DNA of 18,330 nucleotides. It comes from an uncultured delta proteobacterium. GTDB taxonomy: Bacteria; Desulfobacterota; Binatia; UBA9968. Where the stretch lies: assembly GCA_963745035.1 (NCBI GenBank), contig CAVUVW010000003.1:1-18330 (forward strand). The letters run 5' to 3'. A program made the translations under genes and the position numbers. Positions 9,971-16,615 of this stretch are shown in pieces (position 1 is the first letter of the stretch; the number at the start of each line of letters is the position of its first letter). The notes beneath the pieces are model-generated. The model made no database searches, had not been told where the DNA came from, and saw nothing but the letters and a program-made list of their open reading frames with translations.

Positions 9971-10396
9971 CTAGGCAGGTTTGAACTTCGGCAGCCAGAC
10001 GTCTTTCGACGCCTGCTCGAACGTCACCGCCACTTTCATGCCGAGCTTGACGTCCTCGACCGGGCAGTTCACCACGTTGGTGATCATGCGCGGTCCTTCT
10101 TCGAGATCGACCCAGGCAATCACGTAGGGAATATCCGGCTCAAAAGCTTTCGAGGCTGCGCGGCCGACCACCTGGCGAATCACCGTGAAGGAATAAATCT
10201 CGCCATTGCCGCTCATGGGCGTCCATTCTATGCGCTCGCTGCCGCATTCGTTGCACAACGGGCGCGGCGTCCACACCCAGGCGCGGCAATCCTGGCAACG
10301 CTGCATGACGAGCTTGTTCTGCGCCGCCGCATCCCAAAATGTCTTGGCTTCGGTGGTGATCGCCGGCAACGGTTTTCTGATGTCTGCTTCAGCCAT
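9971..10396 (-). CDS. Zn-ribbon + OB-fold protein (DUF35 / ChsH2-like)
   Basis: MAEADIRKPLP..FWDAA, CQDC...PRPLCNECG, SGNGEIYSFTV, PYVIAWVDLEEGPRMITNVV and GMKVAVTF; starts 2 nt after the thiolase stop. Confidence 0.92.
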   Translation of the reverse strand: MAEADIRKPLPAITTEAKTFWDAAAQNKLVMQRCQDCRAWVWTPRPLCNECGSERIEWTPMSGNGEIYSFTVIRQVVGRAASKAFEPDIPYVIAWVDLEEGPRMITNVVNCPVEDVKLGMKVAVTFEQASKDVWLPKFKPA

Positions 10397-10398
10397 AT

Positions 10399-11592
10399 TT
10401 ACAGTTCGCTTCCGAGCACCGCCACGGCGCAGCAGCCCAAGTTTTTGCCGTAGGGGAGGACGCCCAAGCCGGTGACGAGACCGGTTTTCGCATTCGCTAC
10501 CTGACGCTCGCCGCCTTCGCCGCGCAGTTGGCGCACCCCTTCGATAACATGCAGAGTACCGCCGGCGGTGGACGGCTGGCCGACGTTGATCATGCCGCCG
10601 CCGGTCTGGATCGGCAGTTGGCCTTTGAAGGTGAAATCGGTGCGCTCGTAGAAGCTCACGTCCCCCTTGGCGCAAAAACCGAGATCTTCGATCTGCAGGT
10701 AAACGACAATGATGTAATCGTCGTAGAGTTGCAGAAAATTGATGTCGCTGTGTCGGACGCCGGCCATTTCCATGGCGATTTTGCCGGCGTCTTTGACGCC
10801 CATGACGAGCGCATCGGAGCCGGCGCGCGGGCCGTAGGACGAATTGCTGCGCTCGCCGAATCCTTTGAGATAGACCGGCTTCTTGCGCAGTGTTTTCGCG
10901 CGCTCGGGCGAAGCCAAAATATAGGCCCTGCCGCCGTTGGCCGGCATGACGCAGTCGAGCAGACGCACCGGATCCGCCACCAGCCGAGAAGTTTTATAGT
11001 CGTCGACGGTGATCGGCTTGCGCAGATACGCGAGCGGATTGAGGCTCGCGTGATAGCGTCCGGCGACGGCAATCTTGCCGAAATGATCCAGGGTCGCGCC
11101 GTACTCGTGCATGTAGCGGCGCATGACCATGGCGATCTTGCTGTTGGGCCCCATGGTGCCGTAAGGAATTTCCCAGTCGCGCATGTCGCCGGGTTGGATA
11201 CCGCCGCCCCAGTGCTCGGAAAACGGCGCCGCCGAACCGCACACGAGGGCGAGATCGATCAATCCCGAACTGATCGCCGCCGCCATGCCGCCGAGCAGCG
11301 AGACCGCTCCGGCGCCGCCGGTGGAGCCGCCTTGCAGCAGTCCCGGCGTGATGCCCAAGATCTCCGCGACTTCTTCGGGCCAGAAAGGCTGCGGGTAAGC
11401 GGTCGGTATCGTCACGCCCAAGCCTTGGCCCTGAAAATCTTTCAGGCTCAATCCAGCGTCTTCCAACGCAAGGCGCATGGCCCAGGAAATATATTCCGCG
11501 CTCGACTTACGCGGCTCGCCGGGCTTCGATCCCAAACGATCCGTGGGAGTTTCGCCGATGCCGACGATCGCTGTTTTGTTGCGAATGCTCAT
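10399..11592 (-). CDS. Thiolase-superfamily protein (SCP-x / Ltp2-like lipid-transfer protein)
   Basis: MSIRNKTAIVGIGET, RYHASLNPLA, SRLVADPVRLLDC, QLYDDY, QTGGGM and HVIEGVRQLRGEGGERQV. Confidence 0.9.
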   Translation of the reverse strand: MSIRNKTAIVGIGETPTDRLGSKPGEPRKSSAEYISWAMRLALEDAGLSLKDFQGQGLGVTIPTAYPQPFWPEEVAEILGITPGLLQGGSTGGAGAVSLLGGMAAAISSGLIDLALVCGSAAPFSEHWGGGIQPGDMRDWEIPYGTMGPNSKIAMVMRRYMHEYGATLDHFGKIAVAGRYHASLNPLAYLRKPITVDDYKTSRLVADPVRLLDCVMPANGGRAYILASPERAKTLRKKPVYLKGFGERSNSSYGPRAGSDALVMGVKDAGKIAMEMAGVRHSDINFLQLYDDYIIVVYLQIEDLGFCAKGDVSFYERTDFTFKGQLPIQTGGGMINVGQPSTAGGTLHVIEGVRQLRGEGGERQVANAKTGLVTGLGVLPYGKNLGCCAVAVLGSEL

Positions 11593-11694
11593 AGTGATAT
11601 CGGCGACCATAAAACGGCGCGGCAATTATTTCAAGGAGAAATGACGCGCGTCGGGTTGGTCCCGTTAGAGCGCTCATGAGCGTCCAATCAAGAA

Positions 11695-11746
11695 AGATTT
11701 CTCGCTTTAAACTCGAAATGACAGGATAGACTTCGTGCGAGATCTT
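11695..11746. repeat. Second, internally deleted copy of the 9228-9328 repeat family
   Basis: AGATTTCTCGCTTTAAACTCGAAATGAC resembles 9231-9257. CAGGATAGACTTCGTGCGAGATCT matches 9302-9325 (CAGGATAAACTCCGTGAGAAATCT) at 20/24 positions. Confidence 0.75.
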
Positions 11747-11853
11747 GAGGGCAACAGTAGTTGCCGCGGAGTTCGCTTGACACAAACTGCCCTGCCGATA
11801 GAGGATCGCCGTACTTCGGGCGATAGCCGAAGGTTTGTCCAAATGGAGGCAGA

Positions 11854-12900
11854 ATGAGCGAACGCGGCCGGTTTCATAGAGCGCTGTCCTTTTTATCGCG
11901 AATCTCTGAAGTGAAGTTTGCGATCAATATATTTATCGCAGCGAGCGGTTTGCTTTTGATACCTGCGTTCGCCCACGCGCAGAAGTCCATCGTCGCCTGG
12001 TCGGCGGTGAGCGCGCTGAATTCCCCGTTCTGGGTGATGAACGACGCAGGTTTTTGGAAGCAGGAGGGCTTGGACATCCAGCTCGTCTACATCGCTAGCT
12101 CGCCGACCGTGGCGCGGGCGACGTTGGCGGGCGAGATCGTGCTTTCCGGCGCCAACAGCCAGGTGATCGTCGATGTTGGGCTCGGCGGCGGCGATCTGGT
12201 CGCCATGGGCGCGATCACCAACGTCGTGGCTTTCTATGTGATGGCCGCGCCGGAAATCAAAAGCGTAAACGATCTCAGAGGGAAGGTGGTCGGTGTCACG
12301 CGCTTCGGTGCGTCGACGGATTTCGGCATGCGCATGCTCTTGTCGAAGTACGGTCTCGAACCGGCGAAGGACGTCCCGTTCATTCAAATCGGCGGCATGC
12401 CTGAGCTGGCCGCGGCGCTGTCCAAGAAAACCGTCTTTGCCGCGCCGATGTCGCAGCCCATGGTCTATCTTGCGCAGCAGGCGGGCATGCGCATGATCGC
12501 CAATCTCGCCAAAGAAGAGATCCCCTTTATGCACATCGGCCTCACCACGTCGCGGAAGTGGATCAAAGAAAATCGCCCGCAAGCCAAAGCTTTCGTTCGG
12601 GCATATGGCCGGGCGATGCATTTCATGCACACGCGCAAGGAGGAGACGCGGGCGATTTTTGCGAAATATACTCGGATCAACGATCAGGGCATGCTCGACG
12701 GCAGCATTCAGTACGGCTACGACTTCATGGAGAAGATTCCACTCGTAAAAGCGGAGGCGTTCCAGGTTACGTTGGACCAGATCGCAAAGTCCAATCCCAA
12801 GGCCAAACAGGCAAAGCCCGAGCAGTTCTTCGACAATAGCCTGGTACAGGAGCTGATCAATGAAGGGTTTTTTGCCAAACTTTGGGGCAAGAATCCTTAG
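11854..12900 (+). CDS. ABC transporter substrate-binding protein, NMT1/THI5/SsuA-like (paralog 1)
   Basis: GGAGG RBS; signal ending AFAHAQ; PFWVMNDAGFWKQEGLD and IKSVNDLRGKVVGVTRFGASTD. The true start may be GTG 11911. Confidence 0.88.
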   Translation: MSERGRFHRALSFLSRISEVKFAINIFIAASGLLLIPAFAHAQKSIVAWSAVSALNSPFWVMNDAGFWKQEGLDIQLVYIASSPTVARATLAGEIVLSGANSQVIVDVGLGGGDLVAMGAITNVVAFYVMAAPEIKSVNDLRGKVVGVTRFGASTDFGMRMLLSKYGLEPAKDVPFIQIGGMPELAAALSKKTVFAAPMSQPMVYLAQQAGMRMIANLAKEEIPFMHIGLTTSRKWIKENRPQAKAFVRAYGRAMHFMHTRKEETRAIFAKYTRINDQGMLDGSIQYGYDFMEKIPLVKAEAFQVTLDQIAKSNPKAKQAKPEQFFDNSLVQELINEGFFAKLWGKNP

Positions 12901-12924
12901 CGAGAAGATTGGAGTGATGGGCAA

Positions 12925-13917
12925 ATGAAGAGAACGTTGCTTGTGTTTCATTGCCTCCTTGTCGCAATTGTTATTTTCGCGCGGCCGGCGCTAGCGCAGA
13001 AGCTTGTCATAGCGTGGACCGCGGTGAGCGCGTTCAACTCGCCGTTTTGGATCATGAGCGATGCGGGATTCTATAAAGAAGAAGGCTTGGACGTCGATAC
13101 GATGTATATCGCCAGCTCGCCCATTGCCGCCAAGGCGACGTTGGCAGGCGAGATCGTCATCAGCGCGCAGAACAGTCAAGTGATCGCGGATTCCGGCCTG
13201 CAGGGCGCGGATTTGGTTGCCATCGGCGCTGCGGTCAATATCGTTCCTTTTTATGTAATGGCTGCGCCGGAGATAAACAGTGTAAGTGACCTCAAAGGCA
13301 AAACCATCGGCGTTTCTCGTTTTGGTGCGGCGACCGATTTCGGCATGCGCATGTTTCTTGCCAAGCACGGGCTCGCAGCTCACCGGGACGTGGCCTTCAT
13401 TCAGATAGGCGGTATGCCGGAGATCGCCGCGGCGCTCTCTAAGAAGATTATCGCGGCCGCGCCGATGTCTTACCCGATGGTCTATGTAGCCGAACAGGGC
13501 GGGGCAAAGGTGTTGGCCAATCTTGCCAAAGACGAAATTCCATTTGTTCACTTGACGCTGACGACCACGAAGCGCTTTCTCAAAGACAAGCGGCCGCAGG
13601 CGAAAGCTTTCTTACGAGCCTATGGCAAGGCGATGCACTTCCTCTACAATCGCCAGGCCGAATCGTTGGCAATATTTGCCAAATACACCAAAATTAAAGA
13701 TCAAAAAATGTTGGAGGGCAGTCTCAAGTATGGCTACGAATTCATGGAAAAAGTGCCGTTCGTGAAGCGGGCGGGGTTTCAGGTCACTCTTGATGAAATC
13801 GGCCGGACAAATTCCAAGGCGAAGCAGGCGCGGCCGGAACAATTCTTCGATAACAGCATCGTCCAGGAATTGGTCGACGAGGGATTCTTTGCCAAACTGT
13901 GGGGAAAGAATCCTTAG
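12925..13917 (+). CDS. ABC transporter substrate-binding protein, NMT1/THI5/SsuA-like (paralog 2)
   Basis: Signal peptide ending PALAQ; collinear with the upstream gene, and both end EGFFAKLWGKNP. Confidence 0.9.
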   Translation: MKRTLLVFHCLLVAIVIFARPALAQKLVIAWTAVSAFNSPFWIMSDAGFYKEEGLDVDTMYIASSPIAAKATLAGEIVISAQNSQVIADSGLQGADLVAIGAAVNIVPFYVMAAPEINSVSDLKGKTIGVSRFGAATDFGMRMFLAKHGLAAHRDVAFIQIGGMPEIAAALSKKIIAAAPMSYPMVYVAEQGGAKVLANLAKDEIPFVHLTLTTTKRFLKDKRPQAKAFLRAYGKAMHFLYNRQAESLAIFAKYTKIKDQKMLEGSLKYGYEFMEKVPFVKRAGFQVTLDEIGRTNSKAKQARPEQFFDNSIVQELVDEGFFAKLWGKNP

Positions 13918-13941
13918 CCCCCAAAAAAGGGGCAGTAGCAT

Positions 13942-14131
13942 GTGACGCTGATTCTCAACAATGACGACGTGAAGCAAGTCCTCGACATGGAAATCACCAT
14001 GGCGACGCTGGATACAGCCTACCGAGAGCTGGCGCGCCAAGAGGCGGTGTGCCGTCCGCGCACGGTATCACAAGATCTATCAGTGGGGCACGATGGAAGG
14101 CGGCTCGATTTCCGGCTACTCGGCTATTCGA
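13942..14131 (+). pseudogene. Truncated ornithine cyclodeaminase / mu-crystallin family gene (N-terminal remnant)
   Basis: MTLILNNDDVKQVLDMEITMATLDTAYRELARQEAVCRPR is a typical OCD N-terminus. KIYQWGTMEGGSISGYSAIR continues in another frame from 14072. No Rossmann domain follows. Confidence 0.7.
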
Positions 14132-14147
14132 CCGCGGCCTAGGGATA

Positions 14148-14187
14148 GCCTGACCAACCCCAGCGGTTGATACGCGGTTCGTTAGGC
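14148..14187 (+). other. attC remnant (40 bp)
   Basis: GCCTGAC (R''-like) at 14148 and GTTAGGC (R') at 14181; L boxes not recognisable. Confidence 0.5.
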
Positions 14188-14246
14188 TTGTAGATTCAGA
14201 CAACAGGCGTCGTACTTACGGCACGCTCGATACCAAGGATTTGACG

Positions 14247-14654
14247 ATGCCGCTGGTTGCTGTCACCCGCTTGCGCGTCAGGTCGGTTCGCTTTGGGTTG
14301 CCATTTGGCTGGTATACCTGGCGATCATTCAGACAGGCCCAACGCGTGCCCGGCAGCCTCGGGGTCAAGTTGCGGAGAGTAGAAGGCTTCGCGTTCTGGA
14401 CAGTGACCGCGTGGCGGGACGAAGCGGCGATGAGCGCCTACCGCATCGCGCCGCCTCATCTGCACGCGATGCCCAAGCTTCTCGAGTGGTGTGACGAGGC
14501 CGCTGTGGTGCATTGGAACCAAGACTCCGCCGAGCTACCGGACTGGGAAACAGCGGAGAGGCGAATGGCCGAATCCGGCCGCCTGTCCAAAGTGAATCAT
14601 CCGTCTATCGATCAACAAGCCGGCCGACTAGACTTTACGGCCAAGAACACCTAA
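14247..14654 (+). CDS. DUF3291 / ABM-like dimeric alpha-beta barrel protein (cassette gene)
   Basis: AAGGA RBS; VAVTRLRVRS, FWTVTAWRDEAAMSAY and PHLHAMPKLLEWCDEAAVVHW; the stop TAA lies within the R''-like ACCTAAT. Confidence 0.8.
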   Translation: MPLVAVTRLRVRSVRFGLPFGWYTWRSFRQAQRVPGSLGVKLRRVEGFAFWTVTAWRDEAAMSAYRIAPPHLHAMPKLLEWCDEAAVVHWNQDSAELPDWETAERRMAESGRLSKVNHPSIDQQAGRLDFTAKNT

Positions 14655-14743
14655 TCAAACGCTGCACGTCACAGTGACATCGGCGGCTTCTAAGAGTTTT
14701 GCGTTTCACCATCCGCCGTCGCAAGTGAGCCGAGGCGTTTATT
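14649..14743 (+). other. Degenerate attC site (95 bp)
   Basis: ACCTAAT-CAAAC-GCTGCACG ... GGCGG...CCGCC ... AGTGAGC-CGAGGC-GTTTATT. L''/L' pair with one unpaired base, but both core boxes deviate from consensus. Confidence 0.7.
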
Positions 14744-14883
14744 CCCGAGTCTGTTCCGCTGTTCCTAAAACGCTACAAAGTGAAGTATGGATAAGCTGAC
14801 CAGTAATTGTCGCTCCCTACGGCGGCTCACTTAATAGTTAGTTAGACTGCATCATCAAGAATGCCTGACTGCTAGTATCGAAA

Positions 14884-15606
14884 ATGCCAAAAGACTCGTT
14901 TCCGAACCCTCCTGCGTTTCTCGCTGGAGCCCCGAAAGTCGTTCTCAATAGGCTGGACCCGGAGCGAGCTTTGCTGTTCGCCCTAGACGCCAGAAACCAA
15001 CCGGCGTCACGCGGCGGCTGCCTTATCGCGCTCGGTAGCATCGATTCCGCATTAGCCGCCGCGAGAGTTCAGCAGCGGCGGATTGCCAGCGCCAAGAGAA
15101 TGATGGAGCGCAACTCGCGGGCCGGACGAGGCCATCGCATGTTATTCCACGACGTCCACTTCTACCTGATTTGCTGGGGTAGGGTTTCTAAACTGGCACA
15201 TTTCGTCGTCAGGATCACTCAATTCCCGCAGGCCCGGCTCGTCCTCAAACGGTATCGCACGCGGCTTGATCATATGGTTGGGTTCCGGGACCACCTTGAA
15301 CACTTCGAAGAGCGCCTTCCCGGTGGCTCAAAGAACCACATTTTGAGGGTGCCTGGAGACCTTTTCAACATGAGTGGTGACTTCGCGACAATTGGAGGCG
15401 ACCGCGTAGACGTCGGAAAAGCCAGCGTCAGATTACTTGCCATGATCGTGAGCGAGTTCAAGACAGCGGTGCTGTTTGATGCCCTCACAAGCTTGGCAGC
15501 CAAGGATCCAAACTCTGCCGCGCGCTTGATCCAGGCTGCGGCGCGTGATGTCGGGCTCGCTCGCATCATGCGAGCTGTGCGGAGAGGCCTGCGACATGCC
15601 GTCTAA
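14884..15606 (+). CDS. Hypothetical cassette protein, putative HEPN-domain nuclease
   Basis: Apparently helical 240-aa protein with DVHFYLICW and FRDHLEH (R-x4-H). Preceded by GTTAGAC (14841-14847); stop TAA lies inside GTCTAAC. Confidence 0.65.
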   Translation: MPKDSFPNPPAFLAGAPKVVLNRLDPERALLFALDARNQPASRGGCLIALGSIDSALAAARVQQRRIASAKRMMERNSRAGRGHRMLFHDVHFYLICWGRVSKLAHFVVRITQFPQARLVLKRYRTRLDHMVGFRDHLEHFEERLPGGSKNHILRVPGDLFNMSGDFATIGGDRVDVGKASVRLLAMIVSEFKTAVLFDALTSLAAKDPNSAARLIQAAARDVGLARIMRAVRRGLRHAV

Positions 15607-15652
15607 CCAAGCGCTGCACCCGGCGGCCGCGGGTGAGCGCTGGTCGTTAGGC
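15601..15652 (+). other. attC site (compact, 52 bp)
   Basis: R'' GTCTAAC, spacer CAAGC, L'' GCTGCACC, L' GGTGAGC, R' GTTAGGC. AGCGCT-g-CACCCG-g-CGG pairs with CCG-CGGGTG-AGCGCT, leaving two extrahelical bases. Confidence 0.9.
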
Positions 15653-15680
15653 GCTCAAATTTTGTAGTACTGGAGGTCCC

Positions 15681-16130
15681 ATGAAAGTGTGCGTGGCGAC
15701 ATTGCTTCTGATTAGTTTGTCGTTGCTATTTTCCGAGGTTTACGCGCAGAAGACAGCTACATCACGTCGCGATTCTCCCATCGCGAAAGGTATGCCGATC
15801 AAATGCTCCGGAGCCGATTACACGTGGACGGGGATGCTACGAGAAAAGGAGAGTACTCATACACTCGAGACAAGCAAAGACGTTAACTCGACTCCGCTCG
15901 AGGTCGTCATTCTGGAAAAGGCCGACGCACTGATGGTGGACAACGAGAAGTTCAAGATCGTCCGCAGCAATCCAAACGAAACATTTGCCCTGTTCCTCGA
16001 CGACAGGAATCTGATCACCGTCGTGCTCAACTATAGGTACGGAACTTTACTCTACAGTAAGGTGTTCACCAACGTAGAGGTTGGCAAGCAGAATGCGATG
16101 AGCTTTGTCGCAGCCTGCAAGAACTATTAA
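15681..16130 (+). CDS. Hypothetical secreted protein (cassette gene)
   Basis: GGAGG RBS; signal peptide MKVCVATLLLISLSLLFSEVYAQ; two Cys in the mature part (IKCSG, AACKNY); flanked by attC sites. Confidence 0.8.
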   Translation: MKVCVATLLLISLSLLFSEVYAQKTATSRRDSPIAKGMPIKCSGADYTWTGMLREKESTHTLETSKDVNSTPLEVVILEKADALMVDNEKFKIVRSNPNETFALFLDDRNLITVVLNYRYGTLLYSKVFTNVEVGKQNAMSFVAACKNY

Positions 16131-16148
16131 CTGACGCACGCCCAGGGC

Positions 16149-16224
16149 GCCTGACACGCCGCTGCAGACCGACAAGCGGCGCGTGCTTGCGGGGCTTTTT
16201 GCGAGTTGACTCTCGTCGTTAGGC
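16149..16224 (+). other. Degenerate attC site (76 bp; L' apparently lost)
   Basis: GCCTGAC-ACGCC-GCTGCAGA-CCGAC ... GTTAGGC (16218-16224); no CTGAGC-type L' before the core. Confidence 0.7.
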
Positions 16225-16254
16225 AACATACTTGGGCCTTTCGGTGTGGCAATT

Positions 16255-16484
16255 ATGTACTCCCCTTCGCAAATCCTTATCTCAAGCGGCTTGCTTTTAA
16301 GTATTATCGGGTCAGGTATTCTCGTTTGGCACCCATCAAAGAGATTTTTCGTGTCCCGAGAATGCTCACATTAAAGACCCTAAACTCACCTATGTGGCGC
16401 GTGATATCGATTGGAAGGTTATCAAACAGTGGGAAGCATCCAAATGCCTCCCCTTGAATTTTCTTCGACAATGAAGATGCCTAA
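16255..16484 (+). pseudogene. Probable decayed cassette gene (small membrane protein fragment)
   Basis: ATG 16255 gives MYSPSQILISSGLLLSIIGSGILVWHPSKRFFVSRECSH* (stop at 16374). Protein-like sequence continues in other frames to a TAA within GCCTAAC. Confidence 0.35.
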
Positions 16485-16485
16485 C
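16479..16485 (+). other. R'' box (GCCTAAC) of the attC interrupted by the IS
   Basis: Perfect complement of the GTTAGGC at 16218 that opens this cassette; directly abuts the IS terminus. Confidence 0.8.
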
Positions 16486-16497
16486 GAGCCTGTAAGT

Positions 16498-16528
16498 AAA
16501 CCCGATTTTGAAAGCGGGTTTTTATTTC
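16498..16528 (+). terminator. Terminator-like hairpin just inside the IS end
   Basis: AAACCCG-ATTTTGAAAG-CGGGTTT followed by TTATTT; possibly bidirectional. Confidence 0.5.
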
Positions 16529-16615
16529 GTGTTCTGGTATCCCAGTCAGTGATCGTTCGTTGGCGAGCGGGACAATGCCATGGACCGACACGCGCGGTTT
16601 CTCTTCGTCCTAGCG

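Noticed and set aside
286-13551. Long antisense ORFs (286..1263, 1706..2419, 6925..7647, 10528..11679, 11893..12951, 12991..13551 and others)
   Set aside because: They shadow well-supported genes on the opposite strand in GC-rich DNA and show no recognisable motifs.
13918-14180. attI site or Pc promoter at the head of the array
   Set aside because: No integrase gene, direct repeats or convincing -35/-10 pair are seen; the region is explained by the OCD remnant.
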